Assembly: GCF_902652985.1 (NCBI RefSeq)
Contig: NC_047026.1
Location: forward strand, 31,248,001-31,312,000
Direction of reading: 5' to 3'
Origin: Pecten maximus
Lineage: Eukaryota
DNA: 64,000 bases
The notes under the pieces: generated by a model
The model's input: only the letters and a program-made list of their open reading frames with translations
The model's database searches: none
What the model was told of the DNA's origin: nothing
Shown: piece by piece, positions 37,480-51,799 of the stretch
How the letters are laid out: each line of letters starts with the position of its first letter
How positions within the stretch are numbered: position 1 is the first letter of the stretch
Position numbers and translations under genes: made by a program

Positions 37480-38010
37480 GCCACGCATGATATACTGTCA
37501 TATTGATATGCATGATATACTGTCATATTGCCACGCATGATATACTGTCATATTGATATGCATGATATACTGTTATATTGATGCGCATGACAAACTGCTG
37601 TATTCAATTTGTTTATTTTAGCTTTGGGCTTTACAGCTGATCAGTACATATAACAATTAACATTTTACAATTGTCAGGCATGACATACTTTTTTTAGTAC
37701 AACGTACTGTTATATCGCCAAGCATGACATGACACTATTGCATTGTCACACACGAGAAACTGTTATATCGTCACGCATGGCATGTATACTATTATATCGA
37801 CACGCATGACATGTATACTATTATATTGTCACGCATGACATGTATACTATTATATTGTCACGCATGACATGTATACTATTATATTGTCACGCATGACATG
37901 TATACTATTATATTGTCACGCATGACATGTATACTATTATATTGTCACGCATGACATGTATACTATTATATTGTCACGCATGACATGTATACTATTATAT
38001 TGTCACGCAT
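37480..38010. repeat. 29-bp minisatellite plus related degenerate 25-bp units
   Basis: Unit catgacatgtatactattatattgtcacg, about 8 copies at 37776-38010. Confidence 0.9.
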
Positions 38011-39379
38011 GGCAAACATTTATATTGCATTATTTATTAATTATATATGCATGACATGCAACGCACTGTTATATCGTCACAAATAGCATATATATTGTTA
38101 CGTATGACAAACTTTTATACCGTCACGCATGAAAAACTTATATTTTTACTCAATAAACAATTCGCTAACGGCTCTTTATATGAATTGGAGGCTAAAATGT
38201 TCCATGGACAGAGAGTGAGATGCGAGATTCCAATCTCCCTATTTGGAGGTTGTCCAATATAAATATACATTGGTGTGTCTACAGGCTAAAGTAATGTCCA
38301 TCATACCAAACTATTTTATTGTACAAACAGTAGTTGTATGTGTTTGTAATTATGAAACATGTACGTTCGCCCCGGATGTGTAATGGACGTGTAGCCGACA
38401 ATTACACTCTAGACTTCACTACACAAACACTTCGTGTTTCCGGTATGTTTATCGTAGCTACACCATTGTTTTCATTATTTTCAGGATGTCTTTTACTATT
38501 GTGATTCGATCTGTTGGCTGGAACTTCTGTATGGCAAACTTTAGCATCTTTATGTCGATGTTGTATTACTGTTATATGTAGTAAAAATAAACATGTAAAT
38601 TACAAGCCACAACACGAAAACAGCTAGGGGCCTTTTGTGTATGCTTTAATCAGGCTTTATCTAGTTATCCGAGGTCCGACTTCCTGCACGTAAGTACGCC
38701 CGTCAGTACTGATTTGGCCGAGTTTAAAACCCCGCAGTGACGATATTGTATGATATGTATATTCCTGTATAAAAATATATTATTTTTTACAGTTCTGATA
38801 ATGAGATTATTCATAATTATTTTAATCATTTATTCTTTTCTGCAATTATTTTTATCATTTAAGGTAATTATAATAAAATTTGTGCAATATAATAAATAAA
38901 AAAAACAATATTTGAGCATAGTTTCAAAAACAGATTTGATCCTGCGGGCCGGGGAATAGAAAAGGATAAACAAGAACATACTTTTGCACACAGCATGTAC
39001 GCCAGAGGCGACTAATGTGGTGATCCCGTGAGAATTGGTAATTTGCTTTAGTGTCCTATCCTCGGTCTGTTTGAGATAAAGACAATATAGACCTGCTAGC
39101 TGTACCACTGTAACAGTTGTGATCTGCGTCTTCTGTCTACTTTCTAATGTACAATGTTCGGTTTTTTTTTGTTCCATTGGAGTAAATATCGCTTTTGCCT
39201 TATTGTGACCGCGCAAGCGAGAAGATTTATCGGTTCTGTTCTTTGATCAAGACAAACCAAATTATATGTACTTTTACGAATATGTGGAATTGGTACATGT
39301 ATACAATTTCCAGCAGTTGGTGAGTTGCGTTCTTTTATGGTATCTGTCAGAGACCAACCGAAGATGTAGCCTTTGGATC

Positions 39380-39775
39380 ATACCTGTTGTTTTCTGCTTG
39401 ATGTTCAGTGTAAAGTTTTCATAATAATGTGACTGGTTTGGGTGTTACGTTACCGTCTCAGGTAGGTGTGACATTTCAGTGTTATAACACTATAATGTAG
39501 ACCTGGGGTAACGTCATGCTACCGTCTCCATGTGTGACACTATAATGTAGACCTGGGGTGACGTCATGCTACCGTCTCCATGTGTGACATTTCAGTGTGA
39601 TAACACTATAATGTAAACCTGGGGTGACGTCATGTTACCGTGTCCCGGTGTGACATTTCAGTGCGCTAACACTATAAACGTGTCCATCAGCAGCTCCTCG
39701 TCATCCATGGACACAGTCTTCGCATAACCTTAGTTGTTGAGAGGATACAGAACCATAAATTGTCAAACAATAAAC
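39380..39775 (+). mobile_element. Probable SINE remnant with internal tandem duplication
   Basis: Repeated acactataatgtagacctggggtgacgtcatgctaccgtctcc blocks and a SINE-like 3' end ataaccttagttgttgagaggat...aaacaataaac. Confidence 0.35.
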
Positions 39776-41073
39776 GATATGTTCCCGATATTTAACGGTA
39801 AGTAAGCCCTCTTCGTATTTATTGGATTAGGACATCAGTATCAATATTTATGTTTAAACGTCCGTTAACAAGGTCATATAACAAACCAAATAATTTGCCT
39901 CAAACGTATTACTTTCCTCTATCTCAGTGGTTGAGGAGCGCGCGTAATATCTTCTTGATTCAGCTGGTGGCTTTGAGCTCCGCCCTCTGACGTCATACCG
40001 AAATGGTCATCTGATGATTAACGAGGTCTACGGTAAGTTCAATTAGACACGGTAGACTTGTCAAGGAAATTATATCTAGTATATACAACAAACATATCGA
40101 ACCTTTATTATAATGCTGTCAGAATCTACAGAAACTTGCAGTGCATATGTATATACATACCATTTTGCCATAAGATAAAGGTATACAGGTAGAGATAGAC
40201 CACACAGGTACGGCCAGGTCACTGACGGACATTACACTCTAGAGATATAAAGCGGTCATTAGTATGTAATAATGAACAGTAATGAGTGTAGACGTTTTGA
40301 TCAACGGGAAGTTCCTGTTCGTATTCCATCTTCCTCGTACACTGACATCGGGTATGCAATATAATATCAGAGGCCACATAAACATATTTACCTCTGTGCA
40401 TCTGTGTTAATTCTTGTCATAAGACACAATGGCCAACAATACCACATGACTGATTACTACATGGCTTTGGAAGGCTGACGACCTTGCCATTCACTTAAGA
40501 TGGTTTATCAGCAAAACTATTTATGTTCTATTTTCCACCGTTGGCTCACACGTTTGACAGTTTGTCACCAAGCGATCGGTTTCCTTCCTGGGAATTAACA
40601 CAAATTAGTACCCAGTATCAGGTATATGCTGCAAATAATTACATCTCAGGTGAGTTTATTAGTTGTTACCATCCGTTTTGTGTACTAGTGTCAGCGATAA
40701 AATGTATTTAGTATACATTATAACAATATGTTGCCTGTTTGATGTCAATTATCATTTCTTCCAAATATGAAAACTTACAGAAGGGTGAATACGTGTGCCT
40801 CCATTTATATGTAACCACAAATGTACCTGGTATAACACCAGCGGTCGTGTCATGTATGTGACAACATGTGTACTATAGGACTCGTGTGATGTATATCCAC
40901 GTGTACTGAAGTATCTTGTGTATGGTCACACGTGTATATCAAATAAAACAAGCGGTGTGTGATGTATGTGGCCACACGCGTATCTCCATGCAATAACACA
41001 CGCGGTCGTGTGATGTATGCATATAGCCAAGTGTACCTCTATATTATACTAGAAGTGTGATATATGTGGCCAC

Positions 41074-41885
41074 ACGTGTACCTCCACTAACACCATCAGT
41101 CATGTGATGTACGTGTACCTCCACTAACACCATCAGTCATGTGATGTACGTGTACATGTACTAACACCATCAGTCATGTGATGTACGTGTACATCTACTA
41201 ACACCATCAGTCATGTGATGTACGTGTACCTCTACTTACACCATTAGTCATGTGATGTACGTACATCTACTGACACCATCGGTCATGTGATGTACGTGTA
41301 CCTCTACTAACACCATTAGTCATGTGATGTACGTGTACCTCTACTAACACCATCAGTCATGTAATGTACGTGTACATCTACTAACACCATTAGTCATGTG
41401 ACGTGTACCTCTACTAACACCATCGGTCATGTGATGTACGTGTACCTCTACTAACACCATTAGTCATGTGACGTGTACCTCTACTAACACCATCGGTCAT
41501 GTGATGTACGTGTACCTCTACTAACACCATTAGTCATGTGATGTACGTGTACATCTACTAACACCATTAGTCATGTGATGTACGTGTACCTCTACTAACA
41601 CCATTAGTCATGTGATGTACGTGTACCTCCACTAACACCATCAGTCATGTGATGTACGTGTACATCTACTAACACCATCAGTCATGTAATGTACGTGTAC
41701 CTCCACTAACACCATCAGTCATGTGACGTGTACCTCTACTAACACCATTAGTCATGTGATGTACGTGTACCTCCACTAACACCATTAGTCATGTGATGTA
41801 CGTGTACCTCCACTAACACCATCAGTCATGTGATGTACGTGTACCTCTACTGACATCATCGGTCATGTGATGTACGTGTACCTCT
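41074..41885. repeat. 37-bp minisatellite with degenerate flanks (about 40820-42360)
   Basis: Unit cgtgtacctctactaacaccattagtcatgtgatgta, about 22 copies. Confidence 0.95.
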
Positions 41886-42805
41886 AGGCTAATAACACTA
41901 TCAATGTGTCAGGTATGTGGCCACACGTGTGACATACCTCCATATTGTACTAGAGGTATGATATATGTTAACAAGCGTGTTTCTCCATGCAAGTGACATC
42001 AGCAGTCATGTACGACTGTACACACGTGCATATCTAGAATTAGTCAAATGTGTATATGTTGACCAGGTGTACATCCATTAACACCAGCGCGTTTGATCGT
42101 GTGATGTACACACGTGTACCCCCAATAACACATGCAGTGTGTGACATTTATGTGGTGGCCTCGCGTGTAATTCGAATCAGTCATGTGATGTGTGTTGCCT
42201 ACGTTACAATAATACCTGCAGTGTGTGGTGTATGTGTACACCGTGTACTTCCTTCAGCAAGCGTACCGTGTCATATGTACATTTATGTGGCCACGCGTGC
42301 ATCTCGAATCAGTCATGTGATCACATGTGTGGCCCACGTGTACATCCAATAACACTAGCAATGCAGTGTGTGTGTATAAAGATAGGGCTAGAGACTTTAC
42401 TAAGACGTATATGAGCCGCCGGCTGGCATTTAGGTCCTTAAGTTCTATCCAATGAAAACGGAGAAAAAAGGGAATTCCGTCAGAGTTATTATTTCCATTC
42501 TATTTCCGTTTCGCGCGAAAACGGGAATCCCACTTGCGTTGCAAAAACACAAAATGCAGCTGATATACTTTGTTATAGATGAACTTTAAATACCTGTCCT
42601 TAAACTTTAGATATGTCGGTTAATTTTCCATTCAATAACATTAACGGTAAATGTAAATAAAAGTGTTTATTCAACAAAAATATCGACACGAAAGGGGTTT
42701 CCCCGTTTTCTGCCGAACACACTTCCGGTATTTACGTAGTTGTTTACATTCGCTACGAAGATGGCAGATGGGAGTGTTTAGGTCTAACGCATCAAGAAAT
42801 CGTAT

Positions 42806-45800
42806 ATGATGTCTCTTCCGCCAAATTTTAACGTAGTCGGATGTGATAGCGATTTAGCAAGTGAGATAGACGATGATTTTAGCCATTTCTTTCCGTGTAC
42901 AAGTCGGGTAAACAGTGGTACAGCTGAAGAGGTGAGTTCTGTCTCCGGTAATCAGGATGAAGATGTTGATTTTGACTATGACATCGAGAGTGATAATGAT
43001 GATGATGATGTGAGTAACGGCATTAGCGTTATTAATTCGCCGATTCTGCATACTCGGATGAGAGTTTTTATCAGAAATGACGTTGAAAGGGACACAGAAA
43101 ATGATTCTGATCAAGACACACTACGCAGTGATGACAACGAGGTTGATGATGATGATGATGATGACGACGAAAATAACTCGGACGAACGTGACGCACAGCG
43201 TAAATGTAAGAAGGGGTGTCTGTCCAAATTTCCCAATATGGATATCAAAGATAACAGATTGAATGTGCAGGGAATGGAGAGAGATGGCAGGGACATGTTA
43301 ATTATTGGACAGCTCCAGGCATGTGGCATGACAAGGGGAATACATGGTCAAACTAACGTCAAACGGCATCGCTTTGACTACCAATTCCAGAACACAAGTG
43401 TTTGCAAGGCTTGTTTCCTTTATGTTAATAACATAAATGCACATTACTTGAAAAACATCAGGGCCCATTTCGTCAAGAATGGTGCTGTTCCACGGATACA
43501 TGGAAATACAGGGAAAAAACCCAAAAATGCAGTGACCTATGATAATGTTCAACAAGTTGTCCAGTTTATTTCAAGGTAAGTGCTGTGCCGTATGTGTACT
43601 TATACACAGGTATTTAACATTAAAAAAAAAAATAAAAATGAAACCCATAGTTCTGTATGTAGAATATTCATACTTGTCGTGCATGTCATGATTAACATCA
43701 AACTATCTGTGCAGTCTGTATTTTGTTCTCTTTTGCTGGGGAAAAATAAATAAATAATACAACTGTTAGTAATTTAACTTAACATGTGCAAAACTTAATT
43801 TTAAAAAATCATCTCAAGTCACCTTGATTAAATATAAACATACCGGGTACATGTATTTTGAAATATAATAGCTATATTATTTATTTACATACATTCAATT
43901 GTAATAGGTCACAGTTTGATACAGACCTTGTCTGTTTCGAAATTTCCATTATACATATTTTACTATCAGCACAATGAGATATTTGGAAATGAATTTTGAT
44001 GTTAATTATTTTTTAATGCAGTTACATTTATCTGTTAGGTATGCAGATGAGATGGGATTGCCCCAACCTGCTGCACCACGTGGACGGGACAGCTTTCCAC
44101 CAATATATTTACCTGGAAGTGAAACCTATCTATCTGTCCATAAGAAATACAGCCAAGTATGTATGTAAGTATTATCCTCATAATGAAAAAAGTACTTGGT
44201 AATCAATTCATACAGCAATCCATGATAAACCAGTGTCAATTTTCACTGTTATGAATTAAATATTGTCTACAGATACATTTAATTTATAATCATAAAACAT
44301 TTGAAATAATGCCTTTATAAATTGGTTTAGCTATAAGAATATTTTTTTTAACTATGTATGCTTTAATTATAAACACAAACAAGCTGCTAATAAATTATCT
44401 TCCATCACTAGATATCTTAGAATTTGTCCAAATTATTTGTTAAAATGAAAATAATATATTTCAAACTTTGGAAATGACATTGAATTATTTGGTTTTAGTA
44501 TTGTTTATAATCGTCACCCTCCAATTTTATGATCTAGTGACATATCTATTTTCAACAGTGAAAGAGAAAACCGATGCCTATCTGAGACCACTTTCAGAAG
44601 AATATGGCACCAGTGTCTCCCACACATCCAGTTCATGTCCTGCAAGACAGATGTATGTCACAAATGTGAATCCTTTAGGAATCGGATACAGAAGGTAAGA
44701 ACCTAATCAAAACAAGTCTAATTTAATATCCATGGACATTAAAACCAAAATATCTTAATATATTTGAGTTCTAATTTTAGATAAACAGATAGTGATATTG
44801 TAATAATTCTACGTTCATATTCATTCATAACAATAATGGTATGAATTTATTAGTAAAATTACAAAGAAAACTTTTATTGCTTTAAACATCTTGTTATACA
44901 TTTTTATAGGTTCATTATATACATTTTGTATGTACAATGTATATAGAACATTTTGATGACATGTTAAGATAAGATTTTTGTACATATATTGTATCTAGGC
45001 CATCACTGAGGCAGATAAAATGGAGGCTAGCACAGACTTTGCAGAACACATTTAATCAGCCCAAAAGGAGAGAGACCATTATCGACAAAAATGTCATGCT
45101 GCTATTGCAGGTCGTCATGGTCATCCGAAGTCTACTGTTCCTGTTCCTCCAACATCCATGGACCTAAAAGATGTCCACTACACATTTGATTATGCTCAAA
45201 GTGTACTTCTGCCCAGTCATTGCAGACAGGAAGGAGCTTTGTACTTCAGGTAAAAAACAATTTACTGTCTGTTAAAAGGGAGAAGCAGTTGTTAAAACAG
45301 GTTACATTTAAAACCATTAAATCTCTGTAGTATTGGATCATATTTCATAAAATGTAATTCATGTATTAAAGATGTAAAGTTTCAATCTTGAATATCAGAA
45401 TAAAAAAATATCGGATTGAAATTAAAAGAAATGATCTTGAACACTATGCTTCTCTGATATTGTACAGCTTTTTCTTTCAGGTCACCATATAAAGCTAATC
45501 TATTTGGTATTTGCAATGATGGTCGGTCCCTGCAAACAAATTATTTGTTTGGCGAGGATCAGTCCATTGGTCTGGATGGTGCCCAGAGCCACTCGGCCAA
45601 TGCTGTTGTATCTATGTTGCACCACTTCTTCGAATACCATGGGGAAGGAGAAAAAACTGTGTACTTGAATGCAGACAATTGTGGTGGCCAAAATAAGAAT
45701 CAGGTATGGAATATTTGTTGTTGAGTTAAGAAAACACCTTAAAGGAGTGTGGCACATCAGTTAAGATCATTTGCCAAGTTGAACTGAATTCATTCAAAAA

Positions 45801-46967
45801 AGTCAGCAGTGTAAGTTTCTGTTTATCACAAAACTGGTAGTTATGCAAATATAAGGAGCAGGCTGTATGTTTCTTTGTACTGAAACAATTATTCAGCATT
45901 ACATAATCATTATGACATTATAAGTTACGTATTTTTGAAGCTGTTGAATGTTGATACCCACTCATCTCCGATTTCTCCAAAATTTTGTAATTGTGAAGTC
46001 ACAATAGTGTTATTATACAGGTGTTTTATTTTTGACATGCTAGTAGAAAGCAGGCCAGTAATATAATAAACTTAATAATACAGGTTCTTACACTGCTTTA
46101 TACAATGAACCTAATTTTATTTTTTTATGATTCAGGTTGTCACAAGCTATTTGGCTTGGAGAGTGGCAAAAGGATATCATGATGACATCCATCTACATTT
46201 CATGAAGCCATATCATGCCCGTTGTCTTGTGGATGGGATGTTTGGTATTGCCCGAAGGAAAATCAGACGCAATGATGTGGATAGTTTGTCTGACCTGAAG
46301 ATGACAATTCATGCTTCATCCACACATAACCAGGCAGATTTATACAGCGAGATGTCACCAAATTCGTGGATCTGGAGAGACTGGAAACAATTCTTCAAGC
46401 CTGTATTTAGAGCGGTTCCTGGTATTGGGAAATACCATCACTTTCACTTTGCTTCCACCACTTCAGGTACATGTACTGCTATATTTACATATTTCAATCC
46501 ATTTAATTTATATAATGTACTGCGCTTTCATTATCAATTACCTCCATGGGTAATTCCGCTAGATTTATGAGTCTGATTCTAATGATGTATTTGGTATGTG
46601 GGGCATGCAGAATTTTTATCCGATTTAAAAATAAAATGGTTTTGTACAGGTTTTTTTATTTTTATGTGTATCCCTTTCAAAACTAAGTTCAATTACAACA
46701 TGCCATTCCTGTTTCTTTCTTTCAGGAATGGTTACTGTTAAAAAAGGTGTTGACGGGGAGACAACGCCAGTGAGGCTTGTGAAGAGGGGAAAGATTATTC
46801 CACAGGGTTTGCCAGTGAGACTGGAGGCAAAAGGTTTTTCCGCAGAACGTGCATGGTACCTGTACAAAAATATCAGGCCTTTTGTAAAGGATCCGTCTAA
46901 GGACCTTCTATGTCCCCTGCCCACTGTCCCACAGCCCACCTTTAGACCCACCCACACAGAAGAATGA
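42806..46967 (+). pseudogene. Sola transposase, 7 exons, about 692 codons, one in-frame TAA at 45053-45055
   Basis: Exons 42806-43575, 44039-44164, 44559-44694, 44999-45249, 45481-45703, 46136-46466, 46726-46967 (2079 nt, GT-AG, phase-consistent). Motifs VCKACF, PRIHGNTGK, FRRIW..PHI..KTDVCHKC, HYTFDYAQ (D1), ADNCGGQNKN (D2), H....VDGMFG (D3), WRDWK, ERAWYLYKNIRPF..D.LCP. Confidence 0.9.
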
Positions 46968-47194
46968 ACTGAAAGTTGAGATCAAAATTGTTATTGATGA
47001 AAACTTAAATACTGTACTCATGCTTTTATTTTATATTATGAAATGAGCATTGCTTGTTAGGATACAGTTAAATACAATTTCAAAATAAATGTTTTATCTT
47101 CTTACACTACATGTAATTAATTGTAACAATAAAATCCTGATGGAGTCCTGGAGTTCACTTTGCAATCTGTTTCTACCAAATAAAATATAAAATG

Positions 47195-47405
47195 ATTGTT
47201 ATTTGTATTAGGTAAGGGATGTGACTGATTGTTTTTGTATTAGGTAAGGGATGTGACTGATTGTTTTTGTATGTAAGGGATGTGACTGATTGTTTTGTAT
47301 GTAAGGGATGTGACTGATTGTTTTTGTATGTAAGGGATGTGACTGATTGTTTTTGTGTGTAAGGGATGTGACTGATTGTTTTTGTGTGTAATCACAAGGG
47401 ATGTT
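47195..47405. repeat. ~29-bp tandem repeat in the 3' region of the Sola element
   Basis: Unit gtaagggatgtgactgattgtttttgtat, about 6-7 copies. Confidence 0.9.
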
Positions 47406-48313
47406 ACCTGTTTATTGCAAGATACATGTTTGTGTTCAAGTTGATATGTGAATCACAAATTTTATCCTTGTAAATAAATGAATCATGACAACTGAAAAAG
47501 GACTTTTTTCTTTTTAAATGACTATAGATATAATAACAATTACAAAATAACAGTCTTCAATTCAAGACCTGTAACAGCAAAGCATTATGCAACTGTCTGT
47601 GATAAATGACGTTGCAAAAAATGACGTCAAAAATGGCACTGGTAAAATGACGTCGTTATTAACGCCAACGTCATCTAGCATACCAAATGCGACATATATT
47701 CAATGTAGCGTCAAATCGTCAGTTATTGACACACCAAAGCTATTTTTACACCAATTTAACCGCCATTATCTCTAGATTATGAAAATACCAAAAACTCAAT
47801 TTTGATTTTTTATGCCTTAAGGACCTAAATGCCAGCCGGCGGCTCATATGTGCAGTTCACCGGCTACCCGGCTTTTTATTGAAGACATTTTATACCGATG
47901 TATTGTGGTTGAAAGTATGAAAGGATATTTAAATGAAATTCATGTCGATACTAGAAAAGGTATGACATTTAAAGCTGGCACACCGCGCATGATTGAATGC
48001 TGTATGAGGTAGCATGTTGATCGGTTACGGATGATAAACCCGGAGATGACTGCGGTATACCATATAAAGGCGTTATGCTACAGAAAGTTTATCAATAAGG
48101 AGAGCTGCCACACGGCGCGTACATATGAGCGGGCGTCAGGGGTAAGTACATGTAGTCACTAGGTTGTCAACAACATATTCTCGTATAGTGACACTAAGGC
48201 TTATCGGTGGCTGTTTGAATGTGAAGCTGTGCTGGGTATAGACATGTACTTTTATAGATATGGTAAAATAAGAACTCGTACATTAGGAACATAACGTAGA
48301 TATAGTCCCAGCA

Positions 48314-48377
48314 TAGCCCGAGTTTCCTGTGGCCCTGACACCAGACATGGTGTAAGGGCCAGAGGAAACTCGGGCTA
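48314..48377. mobile_element. 64-bp fold-back micro-MITE with degenerate 9-bp TSD
   Basis: tagcccgagtttcctgtggccctgacacca-gaca-tggtgtaagggccagaggaaactcgggcta (30-bp arms, 2 mismatches), flanked by gtcccagca / gtctcagta. Confidence 0.7.
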
Positions 48378-48591
48378 GTCTCAGTAATGTTACATCAGCT
48401 ACCATACCAATTATATGCCACGTCTGTAACCTCACGCGTAAACTTTCTCACTGTATGTGTGTCTCCATGACAAAAATATTTCAACATAAATACCTCAATT
48501 ATTATGCGCACCACCAAATAAAACACTGTTAATCACTACTTACATGCTGGTAATTACATATAATCAGTCACATCTGCTCAACTAGTAAAAC

Positions 48592-50985
48592 ATCTATCAG
48601 GTATACACCAGTAATACTACTGTCTATCAGGTATACACACCAGTAATCCTACTGTCTATCAGGTATACACACCAGTAATCCTACTGTGTCCTCTATCAGG
48701 TATACTCACCAATAATCCTACTGTCTATCAGGTATACACACCAGTAATCCTACTGTCTATCAGGTATACACACCAGTAATCCTACTGTCTATACACACCA
48801 GTAATCCTACTGTCTATCGGGTATACACACCAGTTATCCTACTGTCTATACACACCAGTAATCCTACTGTCTATACACACCAGTAATCCTACTGTGTCCT
48901 CTATCAGGTATACACACCAGTAATCCTACTGTCTATCAGGTATACACACCAGCAATCCTACTGCCTATACACACCAGTAATCCTACTGTCTATACACACC
49001 AGTAATCCTACTGTCTATCGGGTATACACACCAGTAATCCTACTGTCTATCAGGTATACACACCAGTAATCCTACTGTCTATACACACCAGTAATATTAC
49101 TGTCTATACACACCAGTAATCCTACTGTCTATCAGGTATACACACCAGTAATCCTACTGTCTATACACACCAATAATCCTACTGTCCATACACACCAGTA
49201 ATCCTACTGTCTATACACACCAATAATCCTACTGTCCATACACACCAGTAATCCTACTGTCTATCAGGTATACACACCAGTAATCCTACTGTCTATCAGG
49301 TATACACACCAGTAATCTTACTGTCTATCAGGTATACACACCAGTAATCCTACTGTCTATACACACCAGTAATCCTACTGTCTATCAGGTATACACACCA
49401 GTAATCCTACTGTGTCCTCTATCAGGTATACACACCAGTAATCTTACTGTCTATCAGGTATACACACCAGTAATCCTACTGTCTATCAGGTATACACACC
49501 AGTAATCCTACTGTCTATACACACCAGTAATCCTACTTTCTATACACACCAGTAATCCTACTGTCTATACACACCAGTAATCCTACTGTCTATCAGGTAT
49601 ACACACCAGTTATCCTACTGTCTATACACACCAGTAATCCTACTGTCTATCAGGTATACACACCCGTAATCCTACTGTCTATCAGATATACACACCAGTA
49701 ACCCTACTGTCTATCAGGTATACACACCAGTAATCCTACTGTTTATCGGGTATACACACCAGTAATCCTACTGTCTATCAGGTATACACACCAGTGATCC
49801 TACTGTCTATCAGGTATACACACCAGTAATCCTACTGTCTATCAGGTATACACACCAGTAATCCTACTGTTTATCGGGTATACACACCAGTTATCCTACT
49901 GTCTATACACACCAGTAATCCTACTGTGTATCATGTATACACACCAGTAATCCTACTGTCTATCAGGTATACACACCAGTAATCCTACTGTCTATACACA
50001 CCAGTAATCCTACTGTCTATCAGGTATACACACCAGTAATCCTACTGTCTATCAGGTATAATCACCAGTAATCCTACTGTCTATACACACCAGTAATCCT
50101 ACTGTCTATACACACCAGTAATCCTACTGTCTATCAGGTATACACACCAGTAATCCTACTGTCTATCAGGTATAATCACCAGTAATCCTACTGTCTATTA
50201 GGTATACACACCAGTTATCCTACTGTCTATCAGGTAAACACACCAGTAATCCTACTGTTTATACACACCAGTAATCCTACTGTCTATCAGGTATACACAC
50301 CAGTAATCCTACTGTCTATACACACCAGTAATCCTACTGTCTATTAGGTATACACACCAGTTATCCTACTGTCTATCAGGTATACACACCAGTAATCCTA
50401 CTGTCTATACACACCAGTAATCCTACTGTCTATCAGGTATACACACCAGTAATCCTACTGTCTATCAGGTATACACACCAGTAATCCTACTGTCTATCAG
50501 GTATACACACCAGTAATCCTACTGTCTATCAGGTATACACACCAGTAATCCTACTGTCTATCAGATATACACACCAGTAATCCTACTGTCTATCAGGTAT
50601 ACACACCAGTAATCCTACTGTCTATCAGGTATACACACCAGTAATCCTACTGTCTATCAGATATACACACAAGTAATCCTACTGTGTCCTCTATCAGGTA
50701 TACACACCAGTAATCCTACTGTCTATCAGGTATGCACACCAGTAATCCTACTGTCTATACACACCAGTGATCCTACTGTCTATACACACCAGTAATCTTA
50801 CTGTCTATCAGGTATACACACCAGTTATCCTACTGTCTATGCACACCAGTAATCCTACTGTCTATCAGGTATACACACCAGTAATCCTACTGTCTATCAG
50901 GTATACACACCAGTAATCCTACTGTCTATCAGGTATACTCACCAGTAATCCTACTGTCTATACACACCAGTTATCCTACTATCTC
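48592..50985. repeat. 32/25-bp minisatellite
   Basis: Unit acacaccagtaatcctactgtctatcaggtat, with a variant lacking caggtat. Confidence 0.95.
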
Positions 50986-51429
50986 GCCTATCACATCCGT
51001 CTCCTTGTCTCGCTGATCCTATGATGTAATGAAGGTATGATAATTTTCTGGTGTTGAAATATTCTTAGTTTGTTTGCCATAACGTACTTTGTCTGTGCTT
51101 AATATGATTTTGTTTTGTAATGAACAGAAAGCGTGTAACCTCTAATATATCTTCTTTTTGATCGATCCATTGCTATAAGATTATAATTGGTTTAGGGCAC
51201 TACACGTTTTGATAAATGTCCCAAGATTCTGATGAGGAGGTAGAGTTCTTTTTTAAGATGCCACAGACTACCACTCCTCAACGAGCTGTTTATCATATTG
51301 CTGTGCAAATGCTATTCTATCGACTATCTATTGTATGATGGTTCTGTCCAACAAATGATTCATTATGGTCAACATCTGATGTGCAGCTTTCGAGCCAAGG
51401 GATATTGACGTTATGCTTTGAGATTTAAT

Positions 51430-51690
51430 TACAGGGCCGTTAGGCTACTAAGACAACCGAGAATAATGACATAATAACTAAACCGTGATTCTGACCCGAA
51501 ATCGACAAAATGAGGGCAAAATATGAACAAACAATAGCGATGTTCACGGAGACCCTTAAAGCACCAGGAGAATAGGACCAGGTGTTCCGAAGGGTAAGCG
51601 TCTTCTAGGTAACGACGACACCCGCCATACATATCTAGGTCATGACGACACCCATCATACATATCTAGGTCACAACGACACCCGCCGTAC
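51430..51690 (-). mobile_element. Third 3' fragment of the Penelope-like family (minus strand)
   Basis: Reverse complement reads gtatggcgggtgtcgtcgttacctagaagacgcttacccttcggaacacctggtcc, preceded by a triplicated 30-bp 5' half. Confidence 0.55.
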
Positions 51691-51799
51691 TAACAGTTCA
51701 TTCCTCTAGTTCTTTACCGGAGAAGTTCCAATATACGTATAATAACTGGTTTACTAGCTTTACGTTTTCAGTTTAACACTTAGCTAAGATTGTTTTAGC

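Larger units (their letters stand above)
42413..47845 (+). mobile_element. Full-length Sola2-type DNA transposon (5433 bp)
   Basis: Perfect 30-bp TIRs gagccgccggctggcatttaggtccttaag (42413-42442) and its reverse complement (47816-47845), GAG...CTC termini, ATAT on both sides (4-bp TSD), internal spliced transposase. Confidence 0.92.

Noticed and set aside
45053-45055. Recoded stop (selenocysteine or readthrough) in the transposase
   Set aside because: The codon is TAA, not TGA; a nonsense mutation or base error is simpler.
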